From Pristiophorus japonicus (Eukaryota), in contig NC_091980.1 in NCBI RefSeq assembly GCF_044704955.1, positions 150,970,001 through 151,034,000 on the forward strand: a stretch of 64,000 nucleotides of DNA, in the 5' to 3' direction. The notes beneath the pieces are model-generated. The model saw only the letters and a program-made list of their open reading frames with translations, had not been told where the DNA came from and searched no databases. Position numbers and translations under genes: made by a program. Below are positions 24,051 through 36,914 of the stretch, piece after piece (position 1 is the stretch's first letter; each line of letters begins with the position of its first letter).

Positions 24051-24071
24051 GAGTTCTCCCCCCCGGGTGTC

Positions 24072-24094
24072 GCCTTTTGGCTAAGATCAAGTGT
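24072..24094 (+). ncRNA. U2 snRNA 5' fragment (nt 12-34), head of the Tx1-like element; not a functional U2 gene
   Basis: GCCTTTTGGCTAAGATCAAGTGT is a 23-nt exact match to vertebrate U2 as I recall it. Confidence 0.9.
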
Positions 24095-24315
24095 TGATTG
24101 GGTATTCATATGCTAATTGACTAATTGCAGAAACTCATCTTTCCAGTTTGGCTGGGTCTGGCCTTTTGGCTTGGGCCAATTGGAGAGAAGAAGAAATCTG
24201 CATGTCGACCAACCATTGGGTGGACCAGGAGGTCTGCCAAGGTGCCGGACTGGCACCACAAAAGATTGAAGGCTTCGGCCAAAACACAAGCCGAAAGGAG
24301 GAATCTGCAACCCGG

Positions 24316-25578
24316 ATGGCGGCCAACCGAGCGGCGAACCAGGGAGTCCGAAACACCATCCGAGTGACTGTGGAGAAAGTGGAAGGACAGACAACGATCA
24401 ACTGGGACCTCTTCATGAAGAAAATCCTGCTGGGAACCTGTGGCCTGAAAGTCGCGGATGTCTTCGCCTTGCAGGACGTCCCGAAGAGAGATTACTTTGA
24501 TGTAACCTTCAGAAATGTCACCCTATGCCTGAAGTTCCTGAAGGGATTGAAGGAGGCGAGTGAACCACTGCGGTCAATGCTGACTTGGGAACCACTGTTC
24601 ACCCTCCCGTCGCAGAGGAAACGTACTATCACAGTGCACACGTATAACCCCCACAACCCAGTCATTGATGTGCTGACATTCCTCGCCAGGTATGTCAATG
24701 GGGCAAGAAACAACATCGACCTGAAAGACCTCCACGGGATATGGACCAGCAAACGCCAGATCCAGGTCACCTTGAAAGTGGACGCCAGCGGAATCATCCT
24801 GCACCCCTCCTCCAGCTTCGCCATCGGAGGAAGTTGGAGCTACATGGTGTTCGCTGGTCAACCCAACGTGTGCCGCACCTGCGGGAAGGCGGGCCATGTG
24901 GCGGCAAGCTGCAAAACCCTCATCTGCCGCAACTGCAAGAACGAAGGCCACCAGACAAAGGACTGTAAGGAGACCAAGTGCTGCAACCTTTGTGGTCTGG
25001 CTGGGCACCTTTACAAGAACTGCCCCAAACGCAACTTCAGCTATGCACAGGTGGCAAAGAACATTGCACGAGAGGAGGAGGAAGCTGAGGAACACAATGC
25101 TCCAGAGGAGACCTACACCCTCCCACCGACCAACGCCCTGGGCAAAGAAGCAACTGCCCTCGTAGACTCCGAACAAGTCAGGGAGGAAGAGAAGCCTGCT
25201 ACAGTGAGCTGCGAGACACCAGCACCCAGCAGTGAAGCTCTCCCCCAGCACACCAAGTCCATGAACGAGGAGGCAGCAGATGATGGAGCGGGATGGGAGA
25301 CCATCAAGAAAAAAGCCTGCAAGCGTAAGGAGAAGAGGCAAGCAAGGGCTCCTGCTGAAACGAAAGGGAAGAGGCAGCTAATGTCCATGACAGATAGCAG
25401 CGGCAGCAGCTCGTCTGATGATGAAAGGCGAGACAAAGCCCCTCACTACCGCCACCAGAACAAGAGGCAAAACGCCAATTCACAGCCCCAGGTGACCGGG
25501 GGCAGTGAAACAACGAGTGCAGCCCCGCTCCCTCACCTATTCTGTGTATCGTATAGTGCCACATGTAATGTAATTTGA
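24316..25578 (+). CDS. Tx1/Keno-type ORF1 protein (ZCCHC3-like, three CCHC knuckles), ~420 aa
   Basis: Uninterrupted ORF; QGVRNTIRV..FDVTF RRM-like region; knuckles CRTCGKAGHVAASC, CRNCKNEGHQTKDC, CNLCGLAGHLYKNC. The start ATG is inferred, and the last codons run into the tail. Confidence 0.8.
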   Translation: MAANRAANQGVRNTIRVTVEKVEGQTTINWDLFMKKILLGTCGLKVADVFALQDVPKRDYFDVTFRNVTLCLKFLKGLKEASEPLRSMLTWEPLFTLPSQRKRTITVHTYNPHNPVIDVLTFLARYVNGARNNIDLKDLHGIWTSKRQIQVTLKVDASGIILHPSSSFAIGGSWSYMVFAGQPNVCRTCGKAGHVAASCKTLICRNCKNEGHQTKDCKETKCCNLCGLAGHLYKNCPKRNFSYAQVAKNIAREEEEAEEHNAPEETYTLPPTNALGKEATALVDSEQVREEEKPATVSCETPAPSSEALPQHTKSMNEEAADDGAGWETIKKKACKRKEKRQARAPAETKGKRQLMSMTDSSGSSSSDDERRDKAPHYRHQNKRQNANSQPQVTGGSETTSAAPLPHLFCVSYSATCNVI

Positions 25579-26024
25579 TGACTGTATTACTGTGTATCCT
25601 GGATTGTACTGAATTGTACCTTGAAATGTAAAGCAAGCAAATGTATTGAACGGAACTGCCGTCAGCATCCAAATGTATTGTATGGAATTGCTGACCGCAT
25701 CCAAATGTAATGAACTGCTTTCCAATGTATTGTGCAAATTTTTATATGAATAAAGTATATTTTGAAATTAAAAGAAAAATTCTGGCTGCCTGGCCCCTTT
25801 AAGGGGTTGCATGGCCATTCAGTTTTGTGCATCTGCGAAATTTAACTTTGAAAAAGCCGGGCGAGGTATGCGCAGGACGGACAGAGAGCTGTACGGCTGA
25901 GCGGTGTAGAGGGAACATTGCACAGGACCGACAGAGAGCTGCACGGCCAAGCGGTGTGGAGGAAATGTCACACAGGGCCGACGTGCACCTCTCTGAGGAG
26001 CTTCCTGAAGAGGCAAGAGAACAG

Positions 26025-26730
26025 CTCTGTGACCTACAGCAGCGGCCAAGCTCACTGTACGCAGGGCTCTCTGTGATCTACAGGAGGAGCGGCCAAGCTG
26101 GTGCATTGTATGGAACTGCTGTCAGCATCCAAACAAATTGTATGGAATTGCTGACCGTAAGTTGCTGAGCTATTTTCCAATGTATTGTGAAAATTTTATA
26201 TGAATAAAGTATATTTAAAAAAAAAAGTGACCTACTACAGCAGCGGCCAAGCTCACTGTCCGCAGGGCTCACTGTCACCTACAGCAACGGCCAAGCTCAC
26301 TGTCCGCAGGGCTCACTGTCACCTACAGCAGCGGCCAAGCTCACTGTCCGCAGGGCTCACTGTCACCTACAGCAACGGCCAAGCTCACTGTCCGCAGGGC
26401 TCACTGTCACCTACAGCAGCGGCCAAGCTCACTGTCCGCAGGGCTGTCTGTCACCTACAGCAGCGGCCAAGCTCACTGTCCGCAGGGCTGTCTGTCACCT
26501 ACAGCAGCGGCCAAGCTCACTGTCCGCAGGGCTCTCCTTCACCTACAGCAGCGGCCAAGCTCGCTGTCCGCAGGGCTCTCTGTCACCTACAGCAGCGGCC
26601 AAGCTCACTGTCCGCAGGGCTGTCTGTCACCTACAGCAGCGGCCAAGCTCACTGTCCGCAGGGCTCTCCATCACCTACAGCAGCGGCCAAGCTCGCTGTC
26701 CGCAGGGCTCACCGTCACCTACTACAGGAG
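26025..26730. repeat. 44-bp minisatellite, ~13 copies
   Basis: Unit CACCTACAGCAGCGGCCAAGCTCACTGTCCGCAGGGCTCACTGT; interrupted at 26101-26226. Confidence 0.95.
26101..26226 (+). mobile_element. Second, 5'-truncated tail of the same Tx1-like family
   Basis: Homologous to ~25645-25779 (GGAACTGC.GTCAGCATCCAAA..TTTTATATGAATAAAGTATATTT plus poly-A). Confidence 0.9.
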
Positions 26731-26909
26731 CGGCATGTTACCACGCCCTTTTTCACTTCTCCGCTCTCAGGTACTCTGCCCTCACACCCCCCAAACCTTC
26801 AACACTCCTCGACCGTCCTACTCTCCTGTCATCATCATGGCTTGACTCGCTCTTAGACAAGCCTACAGCTTCTCTCTGCTTCTCTCTTGGCCTGCATCTC
26901 TGTACATTC

Positions 26910-27835
26910 AAAGACTGAACTCCAAGTCATAGTCAACATCTTCACTGAAAGCATGGGCCTTGCAATAAACCCGTAAGACAAAGGTCCTCCACCAACCTGA
27001 CACTGGCACACAGCACTGCCCCCCAGTCATCAAGGTGCCCTGGACAATGTGGACATTTCCCATACCTTGGGAGCCTCTTATCAACAAGGGCAGACATTGA
27101 CGACGAGACTCAAAACCGTCTCCAGTGCGCCAGTGCAGCCTTCAACCGCATGAGGAAGAGCGTGTTCGAAGACCAGATCTGGCATCAAGCTATTACTGCA
27201 AAGGTCCTCTGTAGTAATACCCACCCTCCTGTATGGTTCAGAGACATGGGCCATGTACAGTAGACACCTCAAATCGCTGGAGAAATACCACCAACGATGT
27301 CTCCGCAAGATCCTATAAATCCCCTGGGAGGACAGACGCACCAACATTAGCGTCCTCGACCAGACCAACATCCCCAGCATTGAAGCACTGACCACACTTG
27401 ATCAGCTCCGCTGGGCAGGCCACATTGTCTGCATGCCAGACACAAGACTCCCAAAGCAAGCGCTCTACTCAGAACTCCTTCATGGCAAACGAGCCAAAGG
27501 TGGGCAGAGGAAACGTTACATGGATACCCTCAAAGCCTCCCTGATAAAATGCAACATCCCCACCGACACCTGGGAGTCCCTGGCCAAAGACTGCCCTAAG
27601 TGGAGGAAACGCATCCGGGAGGGCGCTGAGCACCTCGAGTCTCATCGCCGAGAGCATGCAGAAACCAAGCGCAGGCATCGGAAAGAGCGTGCGGCAAACC
27701 AGTCCCACCCACCCCTTCCCTCAGCGACTATCTGTCCCACCTGTGACAGAGACTGTAATTCCCGTATTGTACTGTTGAGCCACCTGAGAAGCCAGTCTTC
27801 CTTGATTTCGATGTACTGCCTTTGATGATGATGAT
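26910..27835 (+). mobile_element. RTE-clade LINE 3' portion
   Basis: LLYGSETW, QRCLRKIL, LRWAGHI, RLPKQALYSEL, GGQRKRY; terminal CPTC..H motif; (TGA)n tail. Confidence 0.92.
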
Positions 27836-27839
27836 TTAT

Positions 27840-28097
27840 CTCTCTTGGCATCCTCCGAAGGGCCATCGACGCACTCGTCGCTGCCTCCTTCTGAGCAGCA
27901 ACCCCACCTGTCCCATCCTACTCTCTCCGATATTCCCACCCAGCGAGCCTGCTGAGGGCTAATGCTCCCAGCCCCTTTCCCCTCCCACTCACCCTTCCCA
28001 ATGCTGATCCTGCAGACTCTGCCAGTGGATCAACTATCACCACCTCTTTCCTCATCTCCCTCCACAATGTCCATTCACTTGTGAACAAGGCCCTTAA
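27840..28097 (+). mobile_element. Probable L2 LINE fragment (start of endonuclease ORF)
   Basis: Pyrimidine-rich leader, then SLHNVHSLVNKAL. Confidence 0.5.
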
Positions 28098-28335
28098 CAA
28101 CATAAGAATATGAGAACTAGGAGCAGGAGTTGGCCTTGTGGCCTCTCGAGCCTGCTCTGCCATTCAATCCGATCACAGCTGATCATTGACCTCAACTCCA
28201 CTTTTCCGCCTGATCTCCATATCCCTCGATTCCCCCAGAGTCCAAAAATCTATCTGTCTCCGCCTTGAATATACTCAACGACTGAGCCTCCACAGCCCTC
28301 CGGGGTAGAGAGTTCCAAATATTCACAACTTTCTG
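28098..28335 (-). mobile_element. CR1 3' end
   Basis: QKVVNIWNSLPRRAVEA..FKAETDRFL plus tail. Confidence 0.9.
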
Positions 28336-28337
28336 TC

Positions 28338-31300
28338 CTATTGACCAGGTAATGTCCCAGCATATTGACCAGGACACTGACCGGGACATTGTCCGGGGCA
28401 CTGATTGGGGCATTGACCCCGATATTGACCCCGACATTGACCGGGATATTGACCGGGGCATTGAACGGGGTATTGAACCCAACACTGAATCTGACATTGG
28501 CACCGACATTGACCCCGACACTAACCCCGACAGTGACCCCGCCATTGACCATGACATTGACCGGGGCATTGACCCCAACAGTGACCCCGACATTGACCGA
28601 GACATTAACCCTGACATTCACACCGACAGTGACCCCGACATTGACCGAGACATTGACCCCGACAGTGACTTCGACATAGACCCCGACATTGACCCTGACA
28701 TTGACCCTGACATTGACCTCGACACTGACCCCGACACTGACCAGGTCATTGACCCCGACAGTGACCCCGACACTGACCAGGTCATTGACCCCGACAGTGA
28801 CCTGACATTGACCCCGACAGTGACCATGACATTGATCGGGGCATTGACCCCGACAGTGACCATGACATTTACCGGGACATTGACCCTGGCATTGACCTCG
28901 ACACTGACCCTGACAGTGATCCCGACATTGACCCAGACAATGACCCCGACATTGATCGAGACATTGACCCTGACATTGACCCCGACAGTGACCCCTATCT
29001 TGACCCTGACACTGACCCCGACATTATCCCCAACAGTGACCCCGCCACTGACCAGGTCATTGACCCCGACAGTGACCCCGACATTGACCCCAACAGTGAC
29101 CCCGACATTGACCCTGACATTGACTGGGACATTGACCCTGACAGTGACCCCGACACTGACCCCGACATTGACTCTGACATTGTTCCCCAACAGTGACCCC
29201 GACATTGACCGGGGTATTGACCCCGTCAGTGACCCCGACATTGACCACGACATGGACCCTGACATTGACCCCGACATTGTTCCCGACATTGACCCCGACA
29301 TTGACTGGGGCATTGATCCCGACATTGACCCCGACATTGAACCCGACATTGACCCCGACATTGTTCCCAACATTGACCCCGACATTGACTGGGGCATTGA
29401 TCCCGACATTGACCCCGACATTGAACCCGACATTGACTGGGGCATTGATCCTGACATTGACCCCGACTTTGAACCCGACAGTGACCCCGACATTGACCGA
29501 GACATTGACTCTGACATTCACACCAACAGTGACCCCGACATTGACCGAGACCTTGACCCCGACAGTGACACCAACATAGACACCAACATTGACCCCGACA
29601 TTGACCCCGACATTGACCCCGACACTGACCCCGAAATTGACCAGGGCATTGACTCCGACAGTGACACCAACATTGACCCCGACATTGACCAAGACGTTGA
29701 TCCCGACATTGACCCCAACATTGACCCCGACATTAACCCCGACAGTGATTCCGACATTGACCCCGACATTGATCCCGACATTAACCCTGACAGTGACCCC
29801 GACATTGACCCCGAGTTTGACCGGGGCATTGACCCAGACAGTGAAACCGACATAGACCCCGACATTGACCAATACATTGACCCCAACATTGACCCCACAT
29901 TGACTCCGACAGTGACCCCGACATTGACCAAAACATTGACCCTGACATTGACCCCGACATTGACCAAGACATTGACCTCAACATTGACCCCGACATTGAC
30001 CCCAACAGTGACCACGACATTGATCCTAACAATGACCCCAACATTGACCCCGACACCGACCCCGACACTGACCCCTACATTGACCAAGACGTTGACCCCG
30101 ACACTGACCCTGAAATTGACCGGGACATTGACCCCAACATTTACCCCGACATTGGCTCCGACATTGACCTCAACACTGACCCCAACACTGACCAAGATGC
30201 TGACCCCAACATTGACCCCGACATTGACCCCAACATTGACCAAGACATTGATTCCGACATTGACCCCGACATTAATCCCGACATTGACCCCGACACTGAC
30301 CGCAAAGTTGACCGGGACATTGACCCCGACAGTGACACCAACATTGACCCCGACATTGACCCGAACAGTGACCCCGACATTGACCAAGACGTTGACCCCG
30401 ACATTGACCAGGACATTGACCCTGACACTGACCCCGACAGTGACCCCGACATTGACCAAGACATTGACCCCAACATTGACCCTGACATTGACCCCGACAA
30501 TGACCCCGATATTGACCCCGACACTGACCCCGCCACTGACCCCGAAATTGACCCCGACACTGACCCCGAAATTGACCCCGACACTGACCCTGACACTGAC
30601 CTCGAAATTGACCCCGACACTGACCCCGACATTGACCCCAACAGTGAACCCGAAATTGACACCGACAGTGAACCCAACATTAACCGGGACATTGACCCCG
30701 ACAGTGACCCAGACATTGATCCCGGCAGTGACCTCGACATTGACCCCGACAGTGACCCTGGCAGTGACCCCGACATTGACTCCGACATTGACCCAGCATT
30801 GACCGGGGCATTGACCCCGACAGTGACTCCGACATTGACCTCAACACTGAACCCGACATTGACCCCGACAGTGACCCCAACATTGACCTCAACACTGACC
30901 CCGACATTGACCTCGACACTGACCCCGATATTGACCCCGACATTGACCCCAACATTGACCTCAACACTGACCCCGACATTGACCCCAACATTGAACTCAA
31001 CTCTGACCCCGACATTGACCCCGATATTGACCCTGACATTGACCCCGACATTGACCCCGATATTGACCCTGACATTGACCCCGATATTGATCCCGACAGT
31101 GACCCCGACATTGATCCTGACAGTGACCAGGACATTGACCCCGACATTGACCCCGACATTGACCCCAACTTTGAACAGGACATTGACCCCGACATTGACC
31201 CCGACATTGACCCCGACATTGACTCCGACATTGACCTCAACACTAACCCCAACACTGACCAAGACGCTGATGCCGACATTGACCCCGACATTGACCCCAA

Positions 31301-34300
31301 CATTGACCAAGACATTGATCCCGACACTGACCCCGACATTGATCCTGACAGTGACCAGGACATTGACCCCGACATTGACCCCGACAGTGACCCCGACATT
31401 GATCCTGACAGTGACCAGGACATTGACCCCGACATTGACCCCGACATTGACCCCAACTTTGAACAGGACATTGACCCCGACATTGACCCCGACATTGACT
31501 CCGACATTGACCTCAACACTAACCCCAACACTGACCAAGACGCTGATGCCGACATTGACCCCGACATTGACCCCAACATTGACCAAGACATTGATCCCGA
31601 CACTGACCCCGACATTGACCCCGATATTGACCCTGACAGTGACCCGATATTGACCCCGACAGTGACCCCGACATTGATCCTGACAGTGACCAGGACACTG
31701 ACCCCGACATTGACCCCGACATTGACCCCAACATTGAACAGGACATTGACCCCGACATTGAACCCGACATTGACCCCAACATTTACCCCGACATTGACTC
31801 CGACATTGACCTCAACACTGACCCCAACACTGACCAAGACGCTGACCCCGACATTGACCCCGACATTGACCCCAACATTGACCAAGACATTGATCCCGAC
31901 ATTGACCCCGACAGTGATCCCAACATTGACCCCGAGTTTGACCGGGGCATTAACCCTGACATTGACCCCGACATTGACCCTGACATTAAACCCGACATTG
32001 ACCGCAAAATTGACCGGGACATTGACCCCGAAGTGACACCGACAGTGACCCCGACATTGACCCCGACAGTGACCCCGACTTTGACCAAGACGTTGACCCC
32101 GACATTGACCAGGACATTGACCCTGACATTGACCCCGACATTGACCAGAACATTGATCCTGACACTGACCCCGACAGTGACCCCGACATTGACCGAGACA
32201 TTGACCCCAACATTGACCCTGACATTGACCCCGACAATGACCCCGATATTGACCCCGACACTGACCCCGACACTGACCCCGAAATTGACCCCGACACTGA
32301 CCCCAATACTGACCCCGAAATTGACCCCGACACTGACCCCGAAATTGACCCCGACACTGACCACGACACTGACCCCGACATTGACCCCAACAGTGAACCC
32401 GAAATTGACACCGACAGTGAACCCAACATTAACCGGGACATTGACCCCGACAGTGACCTCGACATTGACCCCGACAGTGACCCTGGCAGTGACCCCGACA
32501 TTGACTCCAACATTGACCCAGTCATTGACCGGGGCATTGACCCCGACAGTGACTCCGACATTGACCTCAACACTGACCCCGACATTGACCCCGACAGTGA
32601 CCTCGACATTGACCTCAACACTGACTCCGACATTGACCCCAACATTGACCTCGACACTGACCCCGACACTGACCCCGACATTGACCCCAACATTGACCCC
32701 GACATTGACCCTGACAGTGACCCCGATATTGACCCCGACAGTGACCCCGACATTGATCCTGACAGTGATCGCGATATTGATCCTGACAGTGACCAGGACA
32801 TTGACCCCGACATTGACCCCAACATTGAACAGGACATTGATCCCGACATTGACCCCGACATTGACCCCGACAGTGACCTGGACATTGACCCGGTCATTGA
32901 CCCCGACAGTGACCCCAACATTGACCTCAACACTGACCCCGACATTGACCCCAACATTGACCTCAACACTGACCCCGACATTGACCCTGACAGTGACCCC
33001 GATATTGACCCCGACAGTGACCCCGACATTGATCCTGACAGTGAACTCGATATTGATCCTGACAGTGACCAGGACATTGACCCCGACATTGACCCCAACA
33101 TTGAACAGGACATTGACCCCGACATTGACCCCAACATTGACCCCGACAGTGACCCCGACATAGACCCCGACATTGACCCCGACATTGACCCCGACAGTGA
33201 ACCCGACATTGATCCCGACATTAACCCCGACATTGACCCCGACATTGACGCCGGCAGTGACCCCGACATTGACCCCGACATTAACTCCGACAGTGACCCC
33301 GACATTGACCCCGACATTAACCCCGACATTGACTCCGACATTGACCCCGACATTAACCCCGACATTAACCCCGACAGTGAACGGGACATTGACCCCGACA
33401 TTAACCCCGACAGTGACCGGGACATTGACCGGGACATTGATGCCGACATTGACCCCGACAGTGACCCCGAAATTGACCCCAACAGTGAACCCAACAGTGA
33501 CCGGGACATTGGCCCCGACAGTGATCCCGACATTTACCTCGACAGTGACCCCGACATTGACCCCGACATTGACCCCGGCAGTGACCTCGACATTAACCCT
33601 GACAGTGACCCCGACATTGACTAAGACGTTGACCCCGACATTGACTCCGACACTGACCCCGAAATTGACCCCGACACTGACCCCGAAATTAACCCCGACA
33701 GTGACCGGGACATTGACCGGGACATTGATGCCGACACTGACCCCGACAGTGACCCCGAAATTGACCCCAACAGTGAACCCAACAGTGACCGGGACATTGA
33801 TCCCGACAGTGACCCCAACATTGACCTTGACATTGACCCCGACAATGAACCCGATATTGACCCCGACACTGACACCGAAATTGACCCCGACACTGACATC
33901 GACACTGACCCCGAAATTGACCCCGACACTGACCCCGAAATTGACCCCGACACTGACCCCAACACTGACCCCGACATTGGCCCCAACAGTGAACCCGAAA
34001 TTGACACCGACAGTGAACCCAACATTAACCGGGACATTGACCCCGACAATGACACCGACATTTACCCCGGCAATGACCTCGACATTGACCCCGACAGTGA
34101 CTCCGACATTGACCTCAACACTGACCCCGACAGTGACCCCGACATTGACCTCAACACTGACCCCGACATTGACTCCAACATTGACCTCGACACTGACTCC
34201 GACATTGACCCCAACATTGACCTCAACACTGAACCCGACATTGACCCCAACATTGACCTCAACACTGACCCCGACAGTGACCCCGACATTGATCCTGACA

Positions 34301-36914
34301 GTGACCCCGATATTGATCATGACAGTGACCAGGACATTGACCCCGACATTGACCCCAACATTAAACAGGACATTGACTCCGACATTGACCCCGACATTGA
34401 CCTCAACACTGACCCCGACATTGACCCCAACATTGACCTCGACACTGACCCCGACACTGATCCCGACATTGACCCCGACATTGACCCTGACAGTGACCCC
34501 GATATTGACCCCGACAGTGACCCCGACATTGATCCTGACAGTGACCGCGATATTGATCCTGACAGTGACCAGGACATTGACCCCGACATTGACCCCGACA
34601 TTGAACCCGACATTGACCCCGACATTGACCCCGACAGTGACCCCGACATTGACCCCGACATTGACCCTAACATTGACCTCAACACTGACCCCGATATTGA
34701 CCCCAACATTGACCTCAACACTGACCCTGACATTGACCCTGACAGTGACCCCGATATTGACCCCGACAGTGACCCCGAAATTGATCCTGACAGTGACCCC
34801 GATATTGATCCTGACAGTGACCAGGACATTGACCCCGACATTGAACAGGACTTTGACCCCGACATTGACCCCGACATTGACCCCGACAGTGACCCCGACA
34901 TTGACCCCGACATTGACCCCGACAGTGACCCCGACATTGATCCCGACATTAACCCCGACATTGACCCCGACATTGACCCCGACAGTGACCCCGACATTGA
35001 CCCCGACATTAACCTCGACAGTGACCCCGACATTGACCCTGACATTAACCCCAACATTGACTCCGACATTGACCCCGACATTAACCCCGACATTAACCCC
35101 GACAGTGAACAGGACATTGACCCCGACATTAACCCCGACATTAACCCCGACAGTGACCGGGACATTGACCGGGACATTGATGCCGACATTGACCCTGACA
35201 GTGACCCCAAAATTGACCCCAACAGTGAACCCAACAGTGACCGGGACATTGACCCCGACATTGACCTCGACAGTGACCCCGACATTGACCCCGACATTGA
35301 CTCCGGCAGTGACCTCGACATTGACCCTGACAGTGACCCCAACATTGACTAAGACGTTGACCCCGACATTGACTCCGACACTGACCCCGAAATTGACCCC
35401 GACACTGACCCCGACACTGACCCCGAAATTAACCCCGACAGTGACCGGGACATTGACCGGGACATTGATGCAGACATTGACCCCGACAGTGACCCCGAAA
35501 TTGACCCCAACAGTGAACCCAACAGTGACCGGGACATTGATCCCGACAGTGACCCCGACATTGACCTCGACATTGACCCCGACAATGACCCCGATATTGA
35601 CCCCGACATTGACACCGAAATTGACCCCGACACTGACCCCGAAATTGATCCCGACACTGACCCCAACACTGACCCCGACATTGACCCCAACAGTGAACCT
35701 GAAATTGACACCGACAGTGAACCCAACATTAACCGGGACATTGACCCCGACAGTGACACCGACATTGACCCCGGCAGTGACCTCAACATTGACCCCGACA
35801 GTGACCTGGCAGTGACCCCGACATTGACTCCGACATTGACCCAGTCATTGACCGGGGCATTTACCCCAACAGTGACTCCGACATTGACCTCAACACTGAC
35901 CCCGACATTGACCCCGACAGTGACCCCGACATTGACCTCAACACTGACCCTGACATTGACCCCAACATTGACCTCGACACTGACCCCGACATTGACCCCA
36001 ACATTGCCCTTCTGCTCCACGGGAGGTTTCTGTCCTCCCTGAGCTCGCCTTAGGACACCTGCGTTACAGTGTGACTGTTTAATTGGATGGCGGGTCCCTC
36101 TTTTGATCTATATTCTACTTGTAGATACACAAGGAAAATACTACCTATGACCCCGGCAGTGACCCCGACGTTGACCTCAACACTGACCCCGACATTGACC
36201 CTGACAGTGACCCCGATATTGACCCCGACAGTGACCCCGACATTGATCCCGACAGTGACCTCGATATTGACCCCGACAGTGACCAGGACATTGACCCCGA
36301 CATTGACCCCGACATTGAATAGGACATTGACCCCGACATTGACCCCGACATTGAACAGGACAGTGGCCCCGACAGTGACCCCGACATTGAACACGATATT
36401 GACCCCGACAGTGACCCCGACATTGATCCCGACAGTGACCCCGATATTGACCCTGACAATGACCAGGACATTGACCCCAACATTGACCCCGACATTGATC
36501 CCGACAGTGACCCCGATATTGACCCTGACAATGACCAGGACATTGACCCCGACATTGACCCCGGCATTAACCCCAACATTGACCCCGACATTGAATCCGA
36601 CATTGACCAGGACAGTGACCCTGAAATTGACCCCAACAGTGACCCCGACATTGACCCCGACATTGACCAGGATATTGACCCCGACAGTGACCACGACATT
36701 GACCCCGACAGTGACCCTGACATTGACCCCGGCAGTGACCTCGACATTGACCCCGACAGTGACCCTGACATTGACTTAGACGTTGACCCCGACATTGATC
36801 CCGACATTGACTCCGACATTGACCCTGACATTGACCGGGGCATTGACCCCAACAGTGACCCCGACATTGACCCCGACATTGACCGAGACATTGACCCCGA
36901 CAGTGGCCCCAACA
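28338..36914. repeat. 12-bp minisatellite (GACATTGACCCC)n, ~8.6 kb, ~700 units
   Basis: 12-bp period with a 6-bp sub-period; produces the TPTL/DPDI/VGVN/SGSM pseudo-ORFs. Confidence 0.98.
36004..36075 (-). pseudogene. 28S rRNA fragment (~72 bp) embedded in the 12-bp array
   Basis: The reverse complement contains GTAACGCAGGTGTCCTAAGGCGAGCTCAGGGAGGACAGAAACCTCCCGTGGAGCAGAAGGGCAA, a conserved vertebrate 28S segment. Confidence 0.92.

Larger units (their letters stand above)
14840..24069 (+). mobile_element. Decayed PIF/Harbinger transposon (left end at ~14840, Myb/SANT gene), split by the CR1 and the minisatellite
   Basis: GGGCTAGAATTT terminus-like start and a 12-bp inverted repeat CGATGTTCCAGC/GCTGGAACATCG. 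14965-15012 is homologous to the array that resumes at 21168, followed by Myb/SANT exons. No right TIR was confirmed. Confidence 0.55.
24070..25779 (+). mobile_element. Tx1-clade (Keno-like) non-LTR element, ORF1-only, with U2 head and polyadenylated tail
   Basis: U2 fragment, 5'UTR, ORF1, then directly an AT-rich tail with AATAAA (25749-25754) and an A-tract; no ORF2. Confidence 0.8.

Noticed and set aside
24148-25578. Domesticated ZCCHC3 host gene
   Set aside because: The U2 head, repeat-family tail (second copy at 26101) and position inside another transposon favour a retroelement ORF1.
25775-25790. Right TIR of the Harbinger element (AAATTCTGGC vs GGGCTAGAATTT)
   Set aside because: Short, imperfect and overlapping the poly-A tract; no supporting TSD.
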